A stretch of DNA of 63,915 nucleotides, the filler included, from Stramenopiles sp. TOSAG23-6 (taxonomy: Eukaryota): assembly GCA_900128565.1 (NCBI GenBank). It is 4 parts of 4 records of this genome, joined end to end, with 100 filler letters (N's around TTAATTAATTAA, not from the genome) between each part and the next. Parts side by side here need not be neighbours in the genome. Positions count along the whole stretch, not along the records: positions 1 to 16,283 come from LT636095.1; 3 more parts are not named here. One strand, 5' to 3'. The notes beneath the pieces were generated by a model. It worked only from the letters and a program-made list of their open reading frames with translations. It was not told the origin of the DNA and ran no database searches. The translations under genes and the position numbers were made by a program. Below are positions 1 to 11,600 of the stretch, one piece after another. How positions within the stretch are numbered: position 1 is the first letter of the stretch; every line of letters starts with the position of its first letter.

Positions 1-56
1 ATTTTGTACCTAACAAATTTAAGTTTTTTTTTTTGAAATATTTTTCCAAAATACAT
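1..56 (+). mobile_element. Introner-like intron, 3' part (contig-truncated), ends ...AAAATACAT
   Basis: ATTTTGTACCTAAC...TTGAAATATTTTTCCAAAATACAT matches the family; an open frame follows. Confidence 0.85.
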
Positions 57-2482
57 CTCTTTTTGAAAATTTCACTTCAAATGATACCATCGAAGATGTC
101 TTACGAGTAATTACCGCAGCTGATGAATTTAATGAAGAATTTTCAGTTCGTCGAGCGGAAAAAAGAGACATCAAAGCAATCAAAGGTAGATTCAAATTAC
201 CCAAAAAAGGTGGTATTACAAACAAAGTAAAAGTTTTACAATTAATTCAAGGAAGTCTTGAACAGAATGGTATGTATGTTTTATTTTTTTTTTTAACAAA
301 AAAATCGAATTTTTTTTCGTACGCAATTTTGTACCTAACAATTTTGTTTAGATTTTTTTTTGAAATATTTTTCCAAAATACATAGAAAATAGACTACTTA
401 AAACGCAAGCAGGAAAAATTTTGGAAACTTCATCTCGTATTCTAAAAGCTGCATTGTACTACTTGAAATCAAAAAAGAGTGCAGCAGTTCTTCAAGTGCG
501 TTTAATCTTGCGATCATTGGAAGCAAAGATGTGGGAAAATTCTGATTTCGTGTTACGTCAAATGAAAAATGTTGGAAAAGTCATGTCTAAAAAACTTCAT
601 GACGCAAATCTTAAACATTTTGCTGACCTGAATGGAATTTCTTCCTCGAGGCTAAATCTTCTTGTGGGGAAGAGTGCATCTGCTGTCTTTGGTAGTGTAC
701 GGTGTTCCACTTACATTTCATTTTTTTTTAATACCAAATTTCGTACCTAACGATTTTCGAATTTTAAATATTCTTTTATAACACGGAATCTTTTAAAACG
801 AGTAAATAATCTTCCTTGTCTTAATCTTGAAATTATTCGTGGTCTTACTAATATTCAAATGAATCTGTCCGTGAAAAAAGGTAAAAAAGATTCTGTATGT
901 TTTCAAAATTGAACGTTTTACCCATATTTTTTTCGTATATATAAAATTTCGTACCTAATGATTTTTTTGTACCGAAAAAAAAAATGATATTTTTTTACAA
1001 TACATGTGTCTTCTTACTTTACATCTATAATACTTCAAACAAAACAAAACGAAAAAATAAATCGTAGACTACTTCACTTTGGTAATTCAAGAGACAAGAT
1101 TAAAGTAGATGTACCCAAAGGCATTCATGGTGTTTTAGAAGTCAAAGTTTTACATAATACGATTATTGGCCTAGATCAAAAATGTATCGTGAAATTAGGT
1201 GGAATAAAAATCCATAGTGAAAACAACAAAAATGATAAAAAAAAACATTCAAAACAAACAAAACATCCTCGTGATATGTACGTTTACATCATTAATTTTA
1301 AATTTATTTTGTACGAAATTTTGTACCTAATGATTTTTTGTTTTTAATATTTTCATTCTATACAGTAAAACTACACCAAAACATTTTCAGAACTCGAAGA
1401 ATAAAGCGCGAAATAATTTGCCACGTAGAGTAAAGTCTTCAAAGATGAAAACGTTAGAAAACTTTGGATTTACACCGACTTCTCGAAATACAAAAAAACG
1501 AAAATTTGAAAATAGTTCTGTTCTTGATGAAAAGTCTTCATGCAATATGTCAAATAAATCTTCTTCCGCTTTTGTCTCACAGCAAAAACCACAGAATTTA
1601 TCTACTCATAAAAATGTAAAAACACCGAAACAAAAGAAACAAAAGAAACAAAAGAAACAAAAGAAACAAAAAAATGGATTTGCTCTTGCCAGAGAAAAAC
1701 AGAGAATGAATGGAAATGTAAAGGCAAAAATGAAGTTGGATTTTTCTCAACCGACAAAAATGTCTGTGCAGTCTCAACAGGCGCAATCGGATCCAATATG
1801 GTCACAACAAACACATATGTATGTTTTATTTTTTTTTTAATTTGAATTTTTTTTTTCGTACGAAATTTTGTACCAAACAATTTTTTTAGATTTTTTTTGA
1901 AATATTTTTCCAAAATACATGCAATCTTCTCAGCAACAGCCGTCATCCATATGGGAACTGCAACAACAAGCACAGGTAAACCAACAGCAAAGAAAACTTT
2001 TGAGATTCGAACGTCAAACATTTGCTCCAAAATTTCATCCTCATAACAGAATGGTATATGACAGTCGTGGCACTCAATATCANGAATCTGAACCATTCGA
2101 TTTTCGTCAGCAGCATGTGCCAACAACGTGGCAACAGCAACAGCCGCACCAAANATTTGCTCCAAAATTTCACCCTCATAGAGCAAATATNAATCAAAAC
2201 AGAATGGTATATGGCAGTCGTAGCACTCAATATCAAGAGCCATATTCATTCGGTCAAAGTCATAATGTTTCCCAAGCAGCACCAAAGACTTCTTGGCAAG
2301 AGCAGCAATTACCATATCGTGTAAAATTTCATCGTCAGAATGATAAAAGTTGTTTACAAAAGTTGCAGAAAAAAACGCAATTTTACCAAAATAATTATCA
2401 AAACAATGATGAAAACTATAAAAATGAACAACATTGTTCACAACAACAATACTATGATGATAGTAATCAGCAACAACAATGA
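57..2482 (+). CDS. HFM1: MER3/HFM1-like meiotic helicase, 3' part (Sec63 domain plus K- and Q-rich tail); 5'-truncated, multi-exon
   Basis: Exons 57-273, 384-696, 787-894, 1006-1277, 1366-1818 and 1921-2482 join in frame once the repeat-family introns are removed. The translation (LRVITAADEF..VRRAEKRDI..KVLQLIQGSL..RILKAAL..LILRSLEAKMWENSDFVLRQMKNVGKVMSKKL..FG-9x-LP) resembles the MER3/HFM1 Sec63 domain as I recall it. The helicase core lies outside the window. Confidence 0.75.
274..383 (+). mobile_element. Introner-like intron, 110 nt, GT...AT (AT/AT flanks)
   Basis: AT|GTATGTTTT...CGTACGCAATTTTGTACCTAAC...AAAATACAT|AGAA restores the frame (QNG-IENR). An in-frame canonical alternative, 270-385 (GT-AG), also exists. 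Confidence 0.8.
697..786 (+). mobile_element. Introner-like intron, 90 nt, GT...GG (diverged copy)
   Basis: GT|GTACGG...TTTCGTACCTAAC...ATAACACGG|AATCTT. It contains an in-frame stop; removal gives FGS-NLLKRVNNLP. Confidence 0.7.
895..1005 (+). mobile_element. Introner-like intron, 111 nt, GT...AT (CT/AT flanks)
   Basis: CT|GTATGTTTT...TTTCGTACCTAAT...TTACAATACAT|GTG. It contains an in-frame TGA and joins at phase 0. Confidence 0.8.
1278..1365 (+). mobile_element. Introner-like intron, 88 nt, GT...AG (canonical-ended member)
   Basis: AT|GTACGTTT...GTACGAAATTTTGTACCTAAT...CTATACAG|TAAA links the frames of ORFs 1006 and 1418. Confidence 0.85.
1627..1671 (+). repeat. 9-nt coding tandem repeat (AAACAAAAG)n encoding KQK
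   Basis: About 5 consecutive units visible. Confidence 0.8.
1819..1920 (+). mobile_element. Introner-like intron, 102 nt, GT...AT (AT/AT flanks)
   Basis: AT|GTATGTTTT...TTCGTACGAAATTTTGTACCAAAC...CCAAAATACAT|GCAA. It contains an in-frame TAA; there is no AG at the family 3' end. Confidence 0.85.
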
Positions 2483-2670
2483 TGACAAATAGCTATAATA
2501 TTGCTAAAGCAATCACAAGTGTACAATTAAAAAAAAGAATCAGAATTTTCTGGTTGAAAATTTTAATTCGCAACAGTAGAGAACATTAATAATACTTGTA
2601 TATTACAGATATAAGCATTTATTACAAAACCTTAATAAACTGTTTCATTATTCATGATAATTTTCATTAT

Positions 2671-5600
2671 TCATGATAATTCAACATCATCCCCATCGAG
2701 TCCCCAATCCATCTGAATGACAGTAGTTAATTGTCTTTTCATCACTTCGAGCGTGGAATATCTAGGCAACTCTACATTAAAAAAACAAGTGTCAGCTCTA
2801 GGGAAAGAGTGGTCTATATCCCTTGTTTGTTTTTGTCTTCCGTTTTTCAGAAGCATTCTAACTTTACCGAGTCTAAAATCAGCATCCGTGGCAGGTAATC
2901 GAGATTGCCCCCATGCAAAACGAATAAAGCGTTGTCGTTCCTCTGTTGAGAATCCCCGAAGAACTTTCCAGAAGAAATGAACATGAGCAGCTCGAGGATC
3001 AACGCCACTACCATACACAGTATGTCTCTGTAATAAAGCAATGTCAACAGTAGCTTTTCCACAAACGCGTCTCTCTAATTCTCGCCATGTGAGAAAACTA
3101 AGAATAGCTGGTGGTAAAACATCTGCAATGCCTAATCTTATCGCATCAATCTGTGCACGTGCTTCGGCCAATTTGGCCGCCTCTGCAAGTCGGGCAAAAT
3201 CACGACAATCGGCATAAGATACAATTTTATTTCGCCCGTCTGGGATCAGGTCCAAAATGGATTCATCAGAAAGACGTATAGAGTATGTCAAACAGCTACT
3301 TGGGCTTTTCCCATTCGAACTCGTTTTATCGCTATTTCCGAATAAAGCGATAAAATCACTTTCGCTGTGGCAAGATTCTATCGCTTCTAGTACGCCGCGG
3401 GTCAGAGTTTGGTCTGCTGCTGCAAGATCCGACCTCAACGGTTGCTCCCCAACAAGAGGCTTCCAAAATAGAGAAGTCAACGCAAGTGGTAGATGTACTC
3501 GTGTTCTAATAGCCACACCCATTAGTTGACCAAGAAATCTAAAAAGAGGAAGTGTGTGTAAATGATTCCTCATACCGGACATTGATTTCGTGTGCAGGGT
3601 TCCATTATCAGCATCTTCTTTTACAATGTTTTTTTCAAATAAATTTTCACTAGATCTTTGTGATTCCGGGTTGTTAAAAGTTGTGATTGTTTTCACTGAT
3701 CTAATCATAAACTGGTCTCGATTATCGCCCCATCCAACTTGTTGATTTGCGCAAGGTATAAGAAGTGGTAACAAGCGGTCATTTTTATGATCAAACAATA
3801 TATTCCCTAAAGTGTCAGAGTATGTTCGTTCGGTTTCTTTATTAGAATTGCCTTCGAGTTGTAACTCGCGAGCTATGTCTGCAAAAAACTCTCGATATGG
3901 CCCACCTTCACCGACGACTCGTTCATTTTTAAATCGAACTTCAAATGATAAATGAGGAGCTACATTATGTTGTCGCAATTGCCACGCACCTTTCGAAACA
4001 CCTCGGATTCTACCAGGCGCCGATAATTGTCCAAATGCTTGACCGAAAACAGTATTTTTAAAACAGCTTTGTCCATTGGTATTATCTTGAGTGACGTTAG
4101 TCATCCCCCCAGTTGTCATAGATGCCGCAAATCGGTTCACTGCTACCTTAGGCCGAGTCACAGCTGTTGCAGCTGCTGTACTACTCAGAACCTGTTCCAC
4201 AAGAACCGATTTTACATTAGTGAAGATAAGTCCACGAGAAATAAAAATAATACAGCTTAGGGAAGCATCTTCAATCTTTGATATGGCATCATGTGTCCCC
4301 CATGGGAGTTGTTCCCGGTGATAGGAACGACGTAAACCTCGTAAACGAATGCTACTACTCCTTTGCTGACGCATCGCGCAAGATGTCAACCCAAGAGCAT
4401 ACGGTGGCGCATAAGGACGTATAAGTTGAAGAGTATCTTTGAGAAGCAAATTTAGGCGTTGCAAAACTAGTACACGAAGCTGCAATTCGTTTGAAGAAAA
4501 CCGATGTAATGTCTTGTATAAATGCCATCCTTGTGCTCCTTTATAGAATCTATCCGCCGATAATGTAGTCGCAGGTTCATTAGATTCTAGAGAACTTTCT
4601 TCTGATATGTCATTTAACCACAAAACCAATTCTTCATCCGCCTGGAAAGACCATTTTTGCATTAATTCAATTGCTGCAACGAATGCTTCATCTTGTGTAA
4701 AATCACTAGTTAATGAGACACGTGATTCCCGAGGATTTTTAGGCTGTTGCAAAGAAGATTGTACATGCAATCCTGCTGAAACACCAGTTGTTGAAAGATT
4801 CTCTATAGGAATTTGGTTATTTTCATCTCCTTCTTTTGAGTCAATCTTGATAACTGTATTAATTTTGAGTAACGGTGGGGGTGTTACACATTTATCTTGC
4901 TTAGGTGGATATATCGCATCTTCTTTTGTATGGAGTTCTGGTACTACTGGTACTACTGGTACTCCAGATCCCCGTACAGGTAAAATAGCAAGTGCGTTCG
5001 TACAATGTTTTCTCTGTTTTTTATTTGATACCCCTGGTTGTTTTTCTGATTGTCTCCATGCTTGATGTGTTGTGTCATCAATATAGGCTTTCGCTAACGC
5101 CAATACTTTTGAGTCATGTCCATGCCATGCTGATTTTAGGAATTGACAGGGTAATGGTGAGCCGCCTACGCGACACCTTAAAACCTCATCCACCTCTGTC
5201 AATTTTTGAATCCATATTGGTGCAATGTTGATTTCCTTCTCTGAATCTTCACTTTTGCCTTCTTCTGATATTGATATTGAATCGACATCGATATTAGAAG
5301 TTTCTGGGGGATCTCCATGGCTGGAACCACCAACAACGCCATCTGTGTCAATAATCATATCTAGTGGCATTGGAAAACCTTGGGCGGAAGAAGAGAGGTC
5401 GTTGCCATTGTCTGAAGGCAAACCATATTTCTCTTCAGGGACTTCTTCGTCTCGAATGTTTCGGTCGTTACTAGAAATTGGCGAACTGTTATCTTCCATA
5501 GCACAGAAGCTCTCCAGATCGGCCCTTTCTTTAGCTGATAACTCCAGGTTTCGACGTCGTAAATTGCCCCGCATTTGCATTCGCAGTGCAAAAAGGAGCT

Positions 5601-8600
5601 CAGTAGTCATACCTGGTGTTTCCAGTATTGGTCGAAGACCTTCAACAAGCTTAGATTCATGATCTTGTAACGCAAGTTCGTGATTACTTTCCATTTCCCA
5701 TGCCTTTTCTTGGAGTTTTGCATCCTTCTTCATTTGATTTAAATTTTTAGCAGATTCACTCTGTGGTAACACAGGAGGGCAAACATTATGAAGTATTTCT
5801 TTGAAATTATTCCATAATACTTGATTAAATTTTATACCAAAGCCATATGGATTTGAAACATTGCTATGTAATGCAATACTAACCTCAATAAGATGCTGTA
5901 GTAATAACGAATGAGATTCTCCTTGTCTAACGTCCTCTGATTCAGACTTTTGTAGGTAAGCTACTTCAGTGTGTATTAATGCGAGATGTTTTAGTGATTG
6001 TTTACTAATCAAACCAGCTACTTGCTGAGGACAGAGTCTCATTAGTTGACATAAAGGCACACTTGCATTTTGCTTAATTAATGGCGGAGTCATTGGATTG
6101 CTAACAATACTTAATAGTGATTCAATACCCCGTAGCAAAGCTAAATTATGAATACCACCCAATGTATCAAAAATATCTGTATATTCTGGGGTGTAGATTC
6201 CTTTTCCAAATGCTCGCATCATCCATACACCAAGACCATACGAAGAACACAATGGAGTCACTACAAGACCACCAATACAAAATGCAGTGGATTTCGATAC
6301 GTCTTGCTTGTCACGTCTTGAGCGCATATAATTAAATGGAGAATATACCCTAACCGGTTTTTCCGGTCTCAGTATTCGTAGCCATAGCCGATTTCCTGGT
6401 AGTATACACGGACCGCAGTTTGCGTAAGTCGCGTCATTATCATAGTCTTTACGTGTACCCATCGCAGCCATTCCGTTAACTTCTAGTGTTCGAATCGGGC
6501 ATCCAGAAAAATCATTTCCTTCATAAATACCAAATGTGTATCCGTGATTATTACCACGATTACGATGCTCTAGATGTCGCATAGCTGTACCGCGACTCAT
6601 TCGTTCCCAAGGACTTTGAAAGTCGCTTACTTTCCGTTTTCTTTGGCCTCGTTTGTTTGACGCATTTTCTGATGTTTCACCATCCGTTCTAATACAAGTG
6701 ACTACCATTGCAGTTACTCGCTGGCGTAGATGTTTCCCAGGTTTTGCATTTGGTTTATATGTGGAATCATTTGATTTGACATCACATGTTACATCGCCAG
6801 CAGTAGACTTTACACATATTTCTGTTCCTAAACCTAATGTGACAATAGAATCACAATCTGTGACAACTGTATTTTTATCAAATATCATTTCCGACTCCTT
6901 CAGCAGAACACTGGGTAAATTCGGACAGCGAGAAAGTATTAATGGTAAAGCACGCCGTAATGCAGCCAATGCTGATATGCGTTCCTTTGCATAATATAAA
7001 TCTGTAGCGTGGTCGCGACCAACACAGAGAGATCTGCTATTAGAATTGGCTCGCAATGCGGCCCATCCATCTTCACGACCATAAGTAACCGGGTCACACA
7101 ACGCTGCGTTCGCAGTTGTTAAACACCGAATGTCTCGAATACTGTCAATAGAGGAAAATGACTCTGTGTGGTCTAATCCTATACATCCAAAGTATTCAGC
7201 TGCAAACAAGGAGATTGGAGCAGTATAATAGTTGCTTGTATTGTCTTGGTCTGATATATATTCGAATATTTCTTCATGATCTTCTGGTACTTTATCACAT
7301 TTAGGAAGGAGTGCATCCGCAACAGATATAGGATCATGTTGATTCCATAAAGCAAGCTGTAAAACAAGTTTTCTAGCATAAACATTAAAGAGTGCATCTT
7401 CAGTTTCACCACTTGTGCCCATCAAATCCATTAACATTGCTGATTTTGTTGTCTCTACAGATTTCGTTCGTGGGACATGAGGCGCCTGTATCTTAATATT
7501 CTTCATCAATGTAGCTGTGCGTAGTTCCGGTTGGTTGCTTATAACGCTCAAAAGTACAATAGGATACCACCATGAATATAAAATGCCTAAAGATGCTATA
7601 TAAATGGTGACACGAACAAGTTTGGCATCTCCGTCAATTTCAGACACACGACCAACACATCCCGCTGTACAGTCCATTTCAGGCAACCAACTCTCAGTAA
7701 ATGCACTTGCCCAGGAAGTGGGCTGTGTACAGTATTCAGAGTCTTTTTCAATTGTCCTATTATCTGTGTATGATCTCCCAATCAATTCCATGTCATGTCG
7801 TAATTGTTTTTGTGGTGTGTTCTCTATTCCATGCAAGTCTTCTTCGCGTTTCTCGCGGGAGCTTCGCCATTGGTAAACCTGTTGAATTGTTGGGATAATG
7901 CGTACCCGCATTCCTGTAGTAATTAGTCCAATATCGTGTATCGGGCAATCTCCGTGCGAGTTAGTTGAATTCCCAGAACTGTTTGAAGTGTGTTCTTTTT
8001 GGTCTGGGGGTTTTGAAAGGACTATCCGTACATCTTGTAACATTGTTCGGGCCATTGCAAATTCATTTTCGCCACCTGAACGGAGAAGCGTCAATATTTG
8101 ACTTCGTTTTTCAGCATCTATGCCCCGCTGTCGCATTGCATTTTCAATACCTGTCAACCAAGTCGATATAGCACTTGATTCAGCCTCATATGGCACTTCA
8201 TCATTGAACCTTTTTGACGAAGTCCTCCCGGGTTGATGACATCCAGAGCTAGACTTCAGAAATAATTTACAACTAGATGGAACTTTATAATCAGCACTGT
8301 TTTCGCCCCTCTTAATTTGGGTTATATGCTTTCCATACTTTGTAGACTGCAGTATTGTTCGGTTAAGCGAAGTTTCGTTGGTCAGCATTCCCAATGGACT
8401 GTTCGAATTAGACCGGTTTTGGAATGAAATAGGAGACAAAACACGCGATGACTGCCTCTTTCGAATATTACCTTCATCGATTGCAGCATTACGCATGAGA
8501 AATGGAGAAGATGGTGGTTGTCCAGGTGATGTCTCGTTAATAGTCTGATGCAACACATCACCTAAAACAAAATGAGCATGTCTCTCCCGTCGCCCAGAAA

Positions 8601-11600
8601 ATGAAATATCTATACCTGGAGAAATTTGTAATGGATATCGTCCTATTGGATAATCCATCTCTTCAATTGTTTCACTATTAACATCTCTACTCTCTAAAGA
8701 TAAATCACGATTCCTGTTATGCGCTCGAAGATTACGTCTAGCTCGAGCACGTGCTATAGCTCGAATATTATAGCCTAATGCACCGGAAAGTTCTAATTCC
8801 GTGTCATCTCCGGTTTCATCATCGGGGAATTCATCAACGAGTTGTGTCACTAAGATATGTTCTTCTTCTGGGAGTTCAGCGTCAACAGTGTCTTCCTCTG
8901 ACGCACACATTCCGACATGCATAGTGATATACGGTTGTGAAGATGGGTCGTTTATCGCGCGAAGTACTTTTTCACCATCTGTTTTGGATATCATTACGGA
9001 TCTGATGGTTAGGCTATCAAATTGTGATACATCCAACGACGCAATTTCTATATCCCTAGATTCCGTATCTGGAGATGCATATGGATCTATATCATCCGGC
9101 AAACCCATTTTACCAGATAAGTCTTCTTCGTTGGAGATAACTAACATCGCACATGCACCTGCTTGTTGTGCGTGCATTGCTTTAATTGCAAATCCACATG
9201 TTCCTCGGTCTACGACAACACAACGACCGCGCATACATTCCTGTGGATCAATAAGAGGTGTAGATGCATCCGCGGGAAAGGCTCGAACTAGAGGTAATCG
9301 CAGACCGGGATAATTTGGAAGCTCCCCCCCAAAAATAGCACCACAATGTTTGAAATACGTAACATCTTCTTCCATCTCACCAGTTTCTACTACCTCATTC
9401 ATACGGTGATACTCGTAGCCCCGCGGTACATTTTCAGCGCTTGGTGCAGTTTCTTCGCCAGCAAGATTTACTTCTTGTTCGTGATTATTTGTAATCAAAG
9501 GTTGACTTATCTCAAGCTCATTTTCAGGTCTAACATACTCTGTAGTATCATCAAATCTAGATCCACCAGTATTGTTCAGAACTTTCATTTCGGATGAATT
9601 TTCTTTTGTGCCGGTATTTGTAGAAGAGCTTGGGCTATGCACTGGTGTAGACAAGCGCATTTGCTTTATCATGAAACCAACATGGGAGTTGCCTCTACAG
9701 TCATCTATTTGGTCTTCCGTTGAGGAATTTGCTACAGCGGTAAGATCATCGGCATACATGAGCATCCAATTTGCTGCCCTGTCTTTATCATCTTCATGGG
9801 CGTAAAGCACGTGCATCAAATGATTCGTTGAAACACCAGGGAAAAACTCCTTTAACTCGCGTGCAGAATTGCGACGCTGGTGACACGCACATGGTTGAAC
9901 AGAATGAACATTTACGTCTCCAACTTTTGTGTTATCCAAATTCTTTCCAATAGTCACATTTGTCACATCACCCCAAGAAACGGTATTTGTGTTTTGTTTG
10001 TGGGTATTCCCTTTCTCTATGTCTTCACAACTATCTTGTATATCCGAATTTAATCGACGTTCTTCATTTTGTGTCAGCATAAGCTCATCGCCTTTGCAAC
10101 CATATCGATCAGCATCATCTCTATCGTTGTCATAACGCTCCCAAGATTCACTATCAACCGAATATTCTAATGGTGACGGACTACTCTTCGGTATGTTATT
10201 TAGCTCGATCAAGTGCGTATTATGTTGATATAAAAAGGGTTCCGTCCCACAATTTATTCTGACTATAACATGTTTATTACGTACTGCAATTGCTGGAAAC
10301 ATTATCATTTGACTCGAAACGTTGTGAAATGCATTTCCTAGATGTCGTCCATTTACTGTAAAGAAAACTTCTCCACTTTGACGATTCCAACCACACCCAA
10401 TGACATCTCTAGACTGTATACATGGTATTCCATATGGCTCATGTTTCATGAAATATCTTGGACGTGTTCCATAAGTTTTTGAACGATAAGGCAAAATTCG
10501 GTCAGAAGCCTTTTCAATCCATTCATCCCATCTATTTTCCCATCCCATGTAATGAACTTTAACTTTATCTCCTATGTTCTGTGAAACTAATGCGGGTCGC
10601 CATGTTACAGCACCAGTCGTGTCTTTAATATCTAATGGCTCGCCTACTCTAAAACGAGTGACACCCGAATAAGGCATCGACGAAACCTTACTGCCCGTTT
10701 TTGAATAAAAACATAGACTACCTCTTGTCCATTCACACCCCATTCCCCATCGATACCGACCTGGAATACTTCCTCGTGGCTTTTGAGGGCCTCCTACAGA
10801 AGCACATGCTTGTAAACCACCTCTGTGAAGTCCAACCCATACATCTGGAGAATCTCGGTTGTTATTTTCTAAAGATTCTATTGTTGCCTCGAAGTAAAAT
10901 AATGGCGCGGCAGTAGGGATTTCATTGTCAGTGATGAGAACAATATCTTGCTGGCTTCGCATGCCAAATTGCCGAGGTGATCCCGGTAGTTTAGATGCTT
11001 CAGAACGTCGAGGATCTTCTTCGGGATGCGAAAAGCCTAAAAACCTTGCCGATTGTCGCGAATCATCAAGAAACATACAATGCCACGCAGATGTAGGATT
11101 AAATCGACATGGCAGCGGAGTATCTCGTGGCATGCGATGTTGAAACGTGAGAAGCGGTGTTTTCTTTTTATCAGATCCTATTAAATTTTGATCTCTATCT
11201 TTCGCAGAGATTACTCCAAAATGTTTTCTCAAAACATTTGTATCATTTGAAGCTATAGATAATTCTTCCCTACCCTGAATAACACTATTAATTGCAAGTG
11301 ATGCAGCGTACTCAAGTTGCTGGTGTGTACTTTTACCCGCTAATCCTGTTGGCAAAGCTGACAATGCTGCCGATAAGAGAGTATTCTGTAACGATGTCGA
11401 GAAGGATAAGTTATGTTGAACACAATCCCTTTTCAACGTGTCATCTACATCATTGTTTGAATTGAAACTGTTATTATAACTCTTCATTAGTCTCAACAAT
11501 GTGTGGGCAGATTTTACTGCACATCGCCGGAGCATTCGTAAGCTGAATGCATTCTCAGTTTTTGTCACATTTGTTGAGATATTGTCATCAGCAAAGTCAT

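Noticed and set aside
272-381. U12 (minor spliceosome) AT-AC introns
   Set aside because: An AT...AC register is formally possible, but the U12 donor ATATCCTT and a TCCTTAAC branch close to the 3' end are absent. The donor and branch look U2-type.
421-1840. Fragmented ORFs as pseudogenes, frameshifts or stop-codon reassignment
   Set aside because: All breaks coincide with family introns and the frames rejoin exactly. TAA, TAG and TGA all terminate intact genes in the window.
1602-2441. 279-aa minus-strand ORF
   Set aside because: Antisense to the Q-rich tail and an intron of the MER3-like gene; its internal repeat simply mirrors the plus-strand duplication.
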